Source: Anthoceros angustus
Taxonomy: Eukaryota > Plantae > Anthocerotophyta
Reading direction: 5' to 3'
DNA: 64,000 nucleotides
NCBI GenBank assembly: GCA_010909165.1
Contig: MU008149.1
Location: 310,001 to 374,000, forward strand
Below the pieces are notes generated by a model. It was not told the DNA's origin and ran no database searches. It was given only the letters and a program-made list of their open reading frames with translations. Each line of letters starts with the position of its first letter. The stretch's first letter is position 1. Shown piece after piece: positions 37,982-49,069 of this stretch. The position numbers and the translations under genes are program-made.

Positions 37982-38878
37982 TGTTAAATTGATAGTCACG
38001 TTATAAATATAGTTGTAAAATTATTCCTTATATATTATCTATTTAGATTGAGTATAATTTAAAAAATTATCATCTTATTAATTGAGCTGGTGCAGTCCTC
38101 CTTTCCCCATTTGCTTCCCTGCTTTCATCCTGGCTCAGTGGCCCCCATCCTGGCTCGGTGGCCCCCAACCTGTTTTGTAGATTAGTAGACGGAACCTGAG
38201 GATGTCGTATAAGACGTTGCATAATGATATGTGCTTGTAAGTGACGTGATGGCAATAAGTGATGCTTCTTCCTCTTCCTCCATCCGTGATTTGTAGGCCA
38301 TTTGTTCTTGCTGCATATGATGTTCTAGGAGCAGTAGGTAACTTTAAGTACGGAGCTTAGTCGCTCTTTTTCACCTTGCTTTAGGTAAGGAACTTAGTCG
38401 CTCTTTTTCACCTTGCTTTAGGTAAGGAGCTTAGTCGCTCTTTTTCACCTTGCTTTAGGTAAAGAGCTTAGTCGTTCTTTTTCACCTTGCTTTAGGTAAG
38501 GAGTTTAGTCATTCTTTTTCACCTTGCTTTAGGTAAGGAGCTTAGTCGGTCTTTTTCACCTTGCTTTAGGTAAGGAGCTTAGTCGCTCTTTTTCACCTTG
38601 CTTTAGGTAAGGAGCTTAGTCGTTCTTTTTCACCTTGCTTTAGGTAAGGAGCTTAGTCGCTCTTTTTCACCTTGATCCCTGAGGTCCACCTTCATTGTCC
38701 CATGCTGGATGGGTTTTTCCCCATCGTGTTTTCCCTCAATAAAACAGAACGGATATAATATGTGCTTATAGTTTGTGTGAAGAGTTCCAGTCTTTGAGTA
38801 AAGGAATATTACTCTAAATACCTTAAGGTACCTTACCTAGCTAGTAAGGTAATTAATGATATAGCTCATATGTTAACA
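37982..38878 (-). mobile_element. AT-rich LTR-like segment with an adjacent PPT-like sequence and a possible Copia RNase H remnant (to ~39100)
   Basis: Termini read TGTTAA...TTAACA. CTCCCACT at 38879-38886 (minus-strand AGTGGGAG) abuts the end. Its interior is homologous to 57110-57300. Confidence 0.6.
38352..38674. repeat. 37-bp tandem repeat, ~8.7 copies (ggagcttagtcgctctttttcaccttgctttaggtaa)
   Basis: Units start at 38352, 38389, 38426 and so on to 38648. Confidence 0.97.
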
Positions 38879-39184
38879 CTCCCACTAACTAATTATCAGT
38901 GATCAAATAATTGATAATTAACCATAAAGCCATATGCCAATTTACGAAAGCCTCCTTTAAATTGATTGATAGTTCACCTTATGTTGAACACTATTGTTGT
39001 GTCTAGAATTGCGATAGATCAAGGTGGACTAGATTTTGCCTCTATTTTTCCTCAATCCACTTATGCACATTGTTGTTGTGTCTTGTGTCTTGCGTCTTGC
39101 TTAGGAACTAGGTGTTGCCTCTTGCTTAGGTTTGTCTCTGTTTTCCTTCAATCCACTTTTGACTTTTGTGGGCTTTAGACTGTT

Positions 39185-39367
39185 ATGGGTTAAAAGTTGG
39201 TTTAAACTAACTTTAATCCATGCCCACGGTGGACTTTTATCGGTTTAAAGTTGGTTTAAACCAACTTCATATGGGTTTAAAGTTAATTTAAAACCAACTT
39301 TATATGGGTTTAAAGTTAGTTTGAACCAACTTTATATGGGTTTAAAGTTGGTTTAAACCAACTTTAA
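39185..39367. repeat. ~32-bp tandem array built on the palindrome aaagttggtttaaaccaacttt (~5 copies)
   Basis: A perfect 26-bp palindrome occupies 39342-39367. The other copies are degenerate, and the spacers are near-identical (atatgggttt). Confidence 0.9.
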
Positions 39368-39439
39368 TCCACGCCCATCCCAGCACTTGCCTAGTCCTTC
39401 CACCGGGAGGCAAGTACATATTTTGGGCTGCTTGCACGC

Positions 39440-39520
39440 TTTTGCTTTGTAAAGGTTGTGTGTGTTTGCTTTGTAAAGGTTATGTGTGTTTGCTTTGTAA
39501 ATGTTGTGTTTGTGTTTCAA
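39440..39520. repeat. 24-bp tandem repeat, 3 copies (tttgctttgtaaaggttgtgtgtg)
   Basis: Seen directly in the sequence. Confidence 0.85.
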
Positions 39521-39649
39521 TTGCGTGCAACATGCAGTGTAAGGTGAGGTGTTTGAATTCATAAATAAATAAATAAATAAATGAATAGAGAGAAATCTAC
39601 TTGAGAAGAAATCAGAAATTGGTTCACATTGGGATGCTTGCAACTGGGG

Positions 39650-40200
39650 AAGCAGCGGCGAGTAGAATCGAGCGAAATCCAGCCAGCCTGCCGACAGTAC
39701 ACGCTTACACAAAAGCCCATTCCCCCCAGTCCCCGGTACCCTGTGACCCACTTTGAATACGGTCCGGGCGATCTTGAACTGAGAGCCTACCAGGAGTGGG
39801 AGCCCACAACACGGGAGGGCACCTGCTCCGACAATTCCTGTCCCCACCAGGACAGGAATTCCCCAGCTGCCCCCTCCCGCGCAATAGCACGGACCTCGGC
39901 GGAAGATACCTGCCGCGTCAGCTAGCTAGCTGCCCTTGCAGGCTCCCTGGCCTCTCCCCCTTCTCCTCTCCGACCTATAAAAGGAACCCACAGCCATCCC
40001 TAGAATCACACTTCCTCTCTTCCCCACGCTGCTCCAGCTCCTCTTTGAGCCGTCTGCCTCTCTTCCCCTCGCCAGCTCCTTCTTGAGCTCTCTTTCCCTC
40101 GCCAGCTCCTGCTTGAGCTCTTTCCTCTGTTTCCCTCGATCGTCTGCTCTTCTTGAGCTCTCTTCCTCTCTTCCCTCGCGAGCTCCTCCTTGCGCTGTCG
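39650..40200 (+). promoter_or_regulatory. Promoter module copy 5 (TATAAAA 39976-39982) with CT-rich leader repeats
   Basis: gacctataaaaggaacccacagccatccctagaatcacacttcctctcttc. Confidence 0.75.
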
Positions 40201-40229
40201 TTGCCACGGAGGTGGCAGACACCTCGTCG

Positions 40230-41345
40230 CTGAATGGCCATGGAGCCGCTCTGGTCCCTCCGGTAGTGTAGTGCACGCTTCATCCTCTTGTGTTGTGTTG
40301 TGTTGCGTTGCCCATGGTGTCACTGGTGTTCGGCTTTCTTTCAAGGCTCTTCCGCATCCCTCCTTCAGCTCCAGCAGCTTGACTCCTGGTTCCCTGTCCA
40401 TGGATCCGCAGACGCAGGGAGCGGCCGCCATTCGCCACACCCAGCAGGCCTGCATCCGTGGGAAGCTGGTCCTGGCCTGGCGTGCTCCGGCGATATGGGG
40501 GCTGGGTAGCAGTATGGCCCAGATGAGGATCAAGGTGGAGATGCAGGACCCGGTTCTCTCGGCGGCTGTGACCGAGGTCTTCTAATTGCTCCCCAGGTCC
40601 ATGGACCGCCTCAACGATGTGCACCGCCAAGTGGTTCTCTCTCCTTGCCCTCCCCTTGACTTGTAGAATCGCATGCAAGGAGTGTAGTGGAGGGCATGCT
40701 GCGGCCACTTGGCCCGTTCCAAGAGACTGAGACTCTTGGAACTTCCCACATGTCCTCTTCCTCGGCAGCTGCCGGCCAAGGTTGCTTGACCTGGTTGCCC
40801 CTTCCATCCCACAGGCGATGAAGAGGATGATCGATCGGCTACAACGATTGGCTGTCATTGCAATGGCGATGGGCGAGGTGGGGTGGTGCTTGTAGAGTGC
40901 CATAGCGGGCTCCTCGGCGCAGGAATGGCGGTTGGCCAGGAGCGGTGGTGCTTCTAGGATGCCATAGCGGGCTCCTCCGCCCAGGAGGTCTTCATGTGCG
41001 ATCCGTAGTGGGGACCGGCGGTTGGATCCAGGCCCCGCAGGACGTCGTTGAGGAGCTATGGCATTCGATGATCTTCCACGTCGTCGGCCTGGAGACGCAT
41101 CCCAACAGCCCCGATGACAGGAGTCTATGGCCTCCGCAGCCGAGGCCCCACGCAGGTCTACGACTCCCGCACCGACGACTGGACGAGAACCCACGACCTG
41201 GCGCCGCTCAACACCCGCCGCCGCCGCGCAATCGCCAGCTGGGTGCAGCGGTGTGGGAAGGGGCCGCTGTACAACGGGAGGCTGGACGTGCTGGAAGGAA
41301 TGGATGCAGGGAGTCAACTCCCTGAGAAGCTCCATCCAGTTTGAG
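40230..41345 (+). pseudogene. F-box-family pseudogene (N-terminal domain + propeller fragment; F-box motif not found)
   Basis: IWGLGSSMAQMRIKVEMQDPVLSAAVTEVF*LLPRSMDRL; GTGGWIQAPQDV; IFHVVGLETHPNSPD; QVYDSRTDDWT. Confidence 0.85.
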
Positions 41346-42299
41346 CACTTCCTCAGCCTGCTCGGCAGAGAATAAGTTCCTCAGCCTGCTCGGCAGAGAG
41401 ACAAGTCGATAGGTTACGCAGCTCGCTGTTTAAGCTGCAGAGCGATTGACGAGAAGCTCCTGATTATGAACACGGTATCTCCAGAAGGTAGCTCTAGGTT
41501 TTCCTTTCTAGCAAATAGCTCTCGTAGAGGAAGAGAATTCCAGGTTACGCAGCTGCCTGTTTCGCTGCAGAACGTCTGAGAAGCCTTCCACAAATGGAAT
41601 TTGATATGGGCAACAACACCATGAGTTCGGCCCCCCAATCCTCACCGATGTGCTCAAAAAATGCAAGCACAGCTCTTTAAAAGGCTGCTATAAACTCCAG
41701 CATGTGTCTAAAACCACGGGTGTTCTCTGCGAGTATTGCCAGCACCCTAACACGCAGTCCGAGAAGCATTGAGATGAAGGCATCCAGCAATGTCCCTGCC
41801 CAGCATCTAGCTATCAGGCTCACCCTTGCAAAGATGACCATGATAGAGTAACAGCAGGCAAGTAGGAAAGAAGAAAACCAAGAACAGACCTGAGAAGAAA
41901 AGAGGGGCGGAGGTGAAGGAGGACAGTCCATAGGACAGCAATTGGCTCTTCCGGCTAGTCAAGTACCTAGGAGAAGTTGCAATTGCTCTCAGCCGGCAAT
42001 CTGCTGCAGAAACATTCATTCCCTCAAGTCCAACCATATTGGCCAGTTCATCGATTTTCTGCAGCTTGTCCACATTCACACTTCTCGCCACTGGGGTCAT
42101 CACGGTGTGCTCAGTGTTACGGAAGCTTCTCTCGTAGCCGTAAGGCTTGGCAGCTTTCTCCTAAGACTACACACAGCCGAAGAGAGTCCGGACAGTACCC
42201 CGATGATCCAGAGCAAGAAGAGCTGATCCTTTCCACCCTTCTCCTGGCGGATCAGGTGGGGTACTGCATGAGGAGGCTCTCAAACCCTATCTTCCTTCA

Positions 42300-42590
42300 C
42301 CTGTGTCAAATTTTCCTGAGCCTCCGATATCTCCCCAGGATTCTAAGCAAGGACACCTTCATCATGTCGACCTCCTTTTCCAGGAGCTCCAGAACAATTT
42401 GCTTGCTTTCACCTGCTTCAAGTTTCTCCAGGGCATAACTAGTGACGATCTCCCTTGCTTTTTTGTGCAGGACCTGTCCTGCTTCCATGCTAGAAGCAAC
42501 AGTTGGTCCGACCGTCTTGAAAGCCCCTGGCCAGGCAAGCTGGATACGATTCCTGGGACGGCGGGTTACGAGACTTCGAGTGTTGCGTGC
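42300..42590 (-). pseudogene. Maturase-like remnant (post-RT region), inverted
   Basis: LAWPGAFKTVGPTVASSMEAGQVLHKKAREIVTSYALEKLEAGESKQIVLELLEKEVDMM, homologous to 45960-46080, 53200-53350 and 58250-58440. Confidence 0.65.
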
Positions 42591-43827
42591 TAGAAGAGTG
42601 TCATGAACTCTATGTATTAAGCAGACGAGATAATCCGTGCATCCGTGGACAGAAGGACAAAGTAGGGCCGGAGGACGTGGAAACTGGGTTCCTAAAGGCA
42701 ACTACGTGAGGTGCCATGAACCAGGAGCAATCAAGTTCATAGGAGGAGTTTGTCTTCACGGCTACAATTCGGTAAGTACCCCTAGGAGCTTGACGTAGTT
42801 GCCAGGCAGGATGCGGATACGAACACAGTAGCCATGCGTGTCATTGATAGTGAGCTTCGTTTCTGAAAACAATAGAATCCTTCACAACACCAGCCACTTG
42901 GGCTGTCAGTGCACAGGTTTGTAACCCGCCAGGAGAAGAAGCATTCAAAACTGCTGAAAATGCACTGAATAGCACCGTGTGATCAGCTGTCGGGAAGCAG
43001 TTTTCATCAACTGACTGCCAGGAAGAAGTTTTCAGCCATCTTCACAGAGTTGAGTGTTGAGGAGGTGAGGTATTGAATCGTGTGAGATGGTGAGGAGTAG
43101 CTGCGTGGACGTTTGAACCGGTTAGGCGCGAATCTCAGTGTCGGGCTTGCGGGATTCCAGTCCTCTGACTGTAAACCTTTTCACCTCTTTTGAACCCACA
43201 AATTTGTCCTCTAGGCCTCCAGTCCATCCATGTACTGAGCGTCCATCCGTGTACCAAGAGTTAATGGTATTGTAGCCTGAGTTGAAGTCCTTCAGGTGCT
43301 GAGCTCGGACAGTGCTGACTGAGTGATCATGTACATGGTGATGGTTGATGCAGTGATATCTGCTGCGTGCAACCTCAGTAGCGCAAAAAAAATCTTGCAA
43401 GGCTATGAGCTGGGGCCTCCTCTAGAGCTTCCGCCTTCTCTGCGCCAGTTGCGTTCCTGAAAGCAGGAACCAGCATCTTCTGACAGCCGTCTATGGTTCA
43501 GCCTGTTGAGAGCCGAGGTAGGCCAGGCCTGCGATCTTAGCTGCGTTGTAAAGTGGGCAGAGAGGAGACCCATGAGAACAAAAAATGAAGATAAATGCAC
43601 CAATTAGCTTGTTAATGTGGCCAACGGTACCGTTCTTAGGACACAGCCAAAATTTGGTGATGTGCCGAACAGGTTGAAATTTTGACTTCTCATGTCCATC
43701 AATCCAGCTTCAGGGCTAGCCACGGACTCGTACCAAGATGCCGTTTTGCTCCCGAATCCACCCATTCAGGAAGCTCAGGAGCTGAAGCCTGCTCGGCCTT
43801 TCACTCCGAGCTAAACTACAAATCTCT

Positions 43828-44168
43828 TCATTTCTTGCCAGCATCAGCAATCGTGGGAGTAGCACGAACCACTGCAATTCGTACAAGCAACCGAAAACGG
43901 CTCAACACAGATCCCAAACCTACCCTCCAAAACCTACACCATCGAAATCTGCAAAGAGGGAAGGAAGAAAACGAGAGCACGCACCGGGCTTCTGCGGAAC
44001 TCCGTCTTGCCATTTGACGAACTTGTAGTGAACTTGCTCCCGCGTGGCAACCTGCGTCTTGAAAGGCTCCTTCAAGCACTTGCGCACCATGGCTGCACAT
44101 GTGTTAGCGTAGGCCACGTAGGTCATTCCGGCTGCTCGCCAAAACGGCTGTGCTCCGGAGGAAGACAT
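43828..44168 (-). CDS. ATP5F1E: Mitochondrial ATP synthase subunit epsilon, 75 aa; exons 44168-43985 and 43871-43828, 113-nt GT-AG intron
   Basis: [75 protein letters not shown]. It carries the hallmark plant epsilon motif [10 protein letters not shown]. Splice sites are canonical and the frame is intact. Confidence 0.96.
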
Positions 44169-45099
44169 GTCTTCTTCGCACCACGCTCGCTCTTCGAAGA
44201 TGTAGATGAAGCCGGCCCGGCCAAGCAACCGCTGTGCAGCACAGCGCCACCACGCTGAGGGATGGACGCAAAATCGGAAAGCATGGCACTTCGGTGTGGT
44301 CTTCCGAGAGATGAACCCTAATTATTCTGTGCGGCTTTTGGCTTTTAATTTGCATAGCATGATTTCGCACCTCCATGGAACAAACGCCATAGGTAAGGTG
44401 GAAAGGGGAGACACAACTGAAAACCCGACTCTGCGCCGCGTGGTTCTCAATGTGCGGCGTATGCTTTCGCACCCCAACTTGAAGCCGTCTTCATAACAAA
44501 GGAAATGGAAATGAAATTCTGAAATTTGAGGTCATCCACCCCATCTGAAGCACTCCCCACCAGCGGAGCGGGCTTCATGATGGCCCATGCCCTGCTGGGA
44601 GTATCCTGCAGTCATAGCACTCCATGTTCCGGAGGTGCTGTTCCATGTCGTACTGCTCCGGAGGTGCGGTTCTCAGGGCCTAGGCGTGTTCTTTCCACGG
44701 GCTTGTCGTGGTCTGATATTTTGGTGGTGTCCCTTGTGTCATAAATGCCAGTCCGCATTGGGCAATTTACGCCTGGCGAGGGTGTTGGGTATGACTGAGC
44801 AGAGGCGCTAGTGCTCAGGTGGGTCATACATGAAGTCTGGTTTTACTTCAGCGAGTGGGTTGTGAATGCAATGTTTTGAGAAAACGGGTTCTTGTGGAGA
44901 TTGCTCTTCTGTGGTCCTCTCTCACAGGTTGTGCTTTTTATGCAGGGTCTAATTGGAGGTCAGCCTGGTTGTTTGAACCCCAGGAGCTGGTGAATTTTGT
45001 GTTGAAGTCACATCCTGAGGCTGATGGCTCGTCGGGAGGCATTCCTGTGCAGGATGACATGGAGGAGCAGGCAGAGGCTGATGGCACGGGAGGCTTGGT

Positions 45100-46330
45100 A
45101 TCGGTGCAGATGAAATGCTGGACAGGTAGATAGCCTGCGGGCATGACAAGGTTGCCACACAGACGTAGGCAAAGTATGAGAACCTGATGGATCCGGCAGT
45201 GAGACTGTGCACAATGGAGCTAGTTGCTGCCGAATCAGGAGATGCCAGGATGGGACTAGGTGGGCTGAAATGTGCAGAGGGGCCATGCGAGTTTGTGAGG
45301 ATTCTGGGTGAGGATGAAATACTCGAGCAGATAGATGATGAAGCTACGAGCATGACAAGGTTACCTTGTGGACCTAGTGGCAAGTATGCAATTGCAGTTA
45401 GCATGCTCGCAATTGCAGTTAGCATGACTTTGAGCAGAGTGCATGAGCCACAATTCTCTGACTACTCCCATGGCTTTCGTCCACACAAGGGCTGCGACTG
45501 TGTTATGCAAATGAAAACTAAGTGGAGGGGGACCAAATTTGTTTTTGAAATATGACATCAGCAAGTACTAGTGAATTACGACCATATGAATGATGAATCA
45601 ACTGCAGCTTCGTGGTGTTCTGGAGGAGCAGACAGGAGATCAACGGTTTGTTGACTTGGTGCTGAAACTATCAGACGGAGGTGCGAGTCTGTCATGAACT
45701 AATGGATCCCCCACCTACCTGAGACGGGATTCCCAAAAGTCTGTTGGTGACGAGTTTCTGATTGGTCTTTCTGGGCTAAAACCTGGATGAAGGATATGCA
45801 GCACAAGATTCAGGGCTTCCTGAAAACAGATCTCCATTGAGACTCCCAGTTGGACAATGTTGTGCATATGACCAGTGGGCATGTTAGGTTTCTCGGTAAA
45901 GTACGAGACGGTATAAGGTCAGATCAACTACTGTTGCTTCTATCATGCAAGGACAACATGTCTTCCACAAGAAAGCAAGGGACACCGTCACAAATTACGC
46001 CCTGAAGAACCTTGAAGCTGGTGAAAGCAAGCAAACAGTTCTGGAGGTTCTGGAAAACGAGAAGGTGGACATGATGGTCTCCTGGCTTGGAATCCCAGAG
46101 GAATAATGGAGGCTCCTAAAAGTTGGACACAGTTGATGCAGGACTTATTGAACAGATAGGGCAGGAGCTGAACTAGCTGCTGTGCCCCCAGGCCTGGTGC
46201 GCAAGAAGGTGAGAGACGGAAAGCGAAACAAATACCGTCATACTCCTCCTCTACAGGAACTGGCCTTCGATTGAGGAAACAACAAACAACCCGCCGTCTC
46301 GCTGCAGATCAAGCTCCCTTGCAGCTCTAG
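45100..46330 (+). pseudogene. Group II intron maturase/RT-like pseudogene
   Basis: HEPQFSDYSHGFRPHKGC...KTKWRGTKFVFEI (RT2a-3 region), KDMQHKIQGFLKTDLH (RT6-like) and GHVRFLG (RT7-like). Confidence 0.88.
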
Positions 46331-46608
46331 ACAGCGAATGTTTCTTACAGTCTGTTCAGCTCGGGAATTCACACTCCACGTGGTCATCTGGACCATCGGA
46401 ATGTATGTGGATGCAGCTCTAGCACAGCTGTGTAAAATCTGGCTTTGTGCTTTAGAGTAAATTGTTTAACTCAATACAAAAAAAGAGTCTCGAAACCTGA
46501 GAATTCCCATGCTAGAGCTACGAGATCAACTCTGTCGGCTACAAAGGAAAGCCTAGAGCTACCTCGTCTTCAGACCCCGTGTATGTACATCGTCAAGACC
46601 TAATTCCA

Positions 46609-49035
46609 TCACTCAGCTTCTCCCTCCTCAACGTCCGGCTCGGGAATGAAGGCGTCGAGGCGAGGGGTGAGGGGCATGGCAGCGTAGTCGCCTTGGAGGC
46701 CCCGACAGAGCAGAATGGGCGCACTGATTGGTATCCACCACCACTGCACCTCCGGCCCAAGCAGGCTGCACACAAGTTGCATGGGCACATGCTGGATGGT
46801 GATGTACAGCAACCTGTCATTCCCAGCAAACCAGGACACGGGCACAAAGGGCCTGAGCTTCCACTCCTCGTCCACCAGGGCCTCGGGCAGCTTGGCCACC
46901 TCCTCCACCGCCATGGTCTTCGGGTCGAGGCTCCAAATGCAGGCGGAGAAGGCCCCCCCGGCTTGGCCTGGCATCATCTTCCGGAGGGTGGTGAGCAGCA
47001 GCAGGCGGCCGAAGCAGTCCACCACCAGATTCGGGCACGTCAAGAGCACGGCCCTGGGCAGGGCCAGCGCCTGGCACACCCACGTGCACGGGTCCTTGGA
47101 CACCAAGTTGGCGCTGAGCAGCCCGAGATGGCGCCGGGACGGGACGTCGATCCGATACACGCCAGGCCTCTGCAACCATTCCAGCACGTACATCCACCCC
47201 CTGTACTCCGTCCCCCTCCCAAAGCGCTGCCTCCAGTTGGTGAAGTTGGAGGCGGTTTTCTGCCCCGGACTAGGTGCGGCTGGGTGCGGCACGGATTCCT
47301 GGGTGATGGTCCAGACGTCGGTGCGGGAGTTGTACATCTGCGCAGGGCCTTGGTGGCTGTGGATGCCAAGTATCCGGTAGTCCGGGCTGTTGGGTTCCGT
47401 CACCAGGCCCAAGACGTGGAAGACCTGTGATTCGGCGTCCACATCGTGAGGGGACTGGATCCAGGAGCCGGTACCAGAGAGAGGATCGCACATGTAGACC
47501 CTGGGAGGGACGGGATCGGCCATCCTCGGGAGGGGCATCACGCACACCAGGCCCCGGCTGAAGGCCACTATCTGCACGGACCTGGGCAGCACGAAGCCCA
47601 GATTGCGCCAGCTCGCCGGATCTCCATTGCAGGCAGGGTGGAAGAGGGAGGCCAGCCCCTCCCGCGCCGAGTTTATGAATGTTGGGATGTGGCCGCCGGG
47701 GAACTCGCAGACCACGCGGTTGAAAGAGAACTCGAGGAGCAAGTTCTCCTGGGGCGCGTAAAGGCTCTGCAGAGCGCGGAACTCCCGGCACCAGATCACC
47801 CTGTTCCACTCTTTGCTCAGAAGACGGATCGAGCTGAAGACGTACCGAACCGGCAGGAGGCAGAAGATCTGCAGCAGCACTTCCCTCGGCAGGTGCGGCA
47901 GCCGGGACGGCCTATCCTGGATCGGATGATCCCGCTCCGGCTCCGACTCCGACGCCGATTCCCATTCTGATTCCGACTGCGAGTCCGACTCTGGCTCCGC
48001 CTCCCTATTGAGGTTGGGCTCCCGGGTGTTCCGTGTGTTTGAGAATACCTGCACGCACGCCCGCTCCTGGTTGCCGAGCGCATCGTCCCGGGGAGGCAGG
48101 CAGAGCCAGCGCCTGAAGTGCCAATTCTCTATGTTTCGGAGACGGGCCAAGGAGCCGGGGAGCGAGAGGACCTCGGTAACGGACGACGAGGAGAACTCCT
48201 CCACCATCCGCACCTTGATGGTGAGTTGGGCCATGTTGGTGGGGAGCCCCCACGCCTCGCGGTGTGCAACCCACTGCGGCATCTCCCGCTCGCTCTCTCC
48301 GGCGTACAGGAAGCGCCCCCTCGCAATCACGTAGTGTCTTCCCACAACTTCCAGCCTGGCGCTCTCGCAGTCCATAATGTACTGGAAGGCATTCCGCGAG
48401 TGGCACAAGGCCAGCCGTTCAGGCAGGATCATGAGCAGAGGCCTGGGAGGACCATGGTCAGCAGCGGCATACGGCTCCAGAGCCAAGCTGTGAGGCGGCG
48501 GAGGCGGAAGAGGGAGAGCGGAGACAATGGAACAGGCGGACTGCAAAGGCAAAGGTAGGGGTTCCCCCACATGAGTTTCATACATGCGAGGGGTAGGGAC
48601 AGGACCCAAGACCAAGCTGCTGGAGTTTGCAAGTGGGATAGGGGACTCAAGGTGGGGACGGTGGGGAAAGACTGAGGACTGTGATGACCCTTGGGCCATG
48701 ACAATACCACATCCAAACGATGAAGTAGGAGAGATAGCATGGTCAGAATGGGACGAAGTGCTGGCCCGCTCCATTGACACAGAAGAAGGACTCTCACCCT
48801 CCGAGGGTACCTCCATGGACACAAAACCACTCTGACCCTCCAATAAGTTCATCGACTCTAGCAGCTCTAACGCAACTGCCTTCTCATGGCCATGCGCAAG
48901 ACTGGGCTCTTGAGAAGAAGTTTCATACATGCTATTTCCATGAGCCGGAGCCAGACCCAACGGCACCAGTACAGCTTCAGGGGCCCGACCAATATCATCG
49001 TGGCCGGCTCCGGTGGAGGGCTGTCGTGGAGACAT
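46609..49035 (-). CDS. Intact intronless F-box protein (~808 aa): low-complexity N-terminus, unnamed conserved domain, acidic linker, F-box, F-box-associated propeller-like C-terminus
   Basis: The frame is open from 49062 (first ATG 49035) to TGA at 46609. The F-box LPHLPREVLLQIFCLLPVRYVFSSIRLLSKEWNRVIW lies at ~47901-47790. The C-terminal IVAFSRGLVC/VYMCDPLSGTGSW motifs are typical of plant FBA regions. Confidence 0.92.
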   Translation of the reverse strand: MSPRQPSTGAGHDDIGRAPEAVLVPLGLAPAHGNSMYETSSQEPSLAHGHEKAVALELLESMNLLEGQSGFVSMEVPSEGESPSSVSMERASTSSHSDHAISPTSSFGCGIVMAQGSSQSSVFPHRPHLESPIPLANSSSLVLGPVPTPRMYETHVGEPLPLPLQSACSIVSALPLPPPPPHSLALEPYAAADHGPPRPLLMILPERLALCHSRNAFQYIMDCESARLEVVGRHYVIARGRFLYAGESEREMPQWVAHREAWGLPTNMAQLTIKVRMVEEFSSSSVTEVLSLPGSLARLRNIENWHFRRWLCLPPRDDALGNQERACVQVFSNTRNTREPNLNREAEPESDSQSESEWESASESEPERDHPIQDRPSRLPHLPREVLLQIFCLLPVRYVFSSIRLLSKEWNRVIWCREFRALQSLYAPQENLLLEFSFNRVVCEFPGGHIPTFINSAREGLASLFHPACNGDPASWRNLGFVLPRSVQIVAFSRGLVCVMPLPRMADPVPPRVYMCDPLSGTGSWIQSPHDVDAESQVFHVLGLVTEPNSPDYRILGIHSHQGPAQMYNSRTDVWTITQESVPHPAAPSPGQKTASNFTNWRQRFGRGTEYRGWMYVLEWLQRPGVYRIDVPSRRHLGLLSANLVSKDPCTWVCQALALPRAVLLTCPNLVVDCFGRLLLLTTLRKMMPGQAGGAFSACIWSLDPKTMAVEEVAKLPEALVDEEWKLRPFVPVSWFAGNDRLLYITIQHVPMQLVCSLLGPEVQWWWIPISAPILLCRGLQGDYAAMPLTPRLDAFIPEPDVEEGEAE

Positions 49036-49069
49036 GGCTCGCAAAAGCGCTACTGGCAACAAGAGATAG

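Noticed and set aside
38352-38674. 37-bp repeats as a CRISPR array
   Set aside because: The repeats are head-to-tail with no unique spacers, so this is a minisatellite.
39185-39367. CRISPR-like array of palindromic repeats
   Set aside because: The spacers are ~10 bp and nearly identical, there are no cas genes, and the context is eukaryotic.
40280-41335. 351-aa minus-strand ORF
   Set aside because: It is antisense to the plus-strand F-box-family pseudogene and has no recognisable domain.
43122-43400. 92-aa ORF downstream of ATP epsilon
   Set aside because: No recognisable homology or gene signals; could be a chance ORF.
46579-47430. 283-aa plus-strand ORF and other ORFs overlapping the F-box gene
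   Set aside because: They are antisense or alternative-frame shadows of a GC-rich coding sequence.
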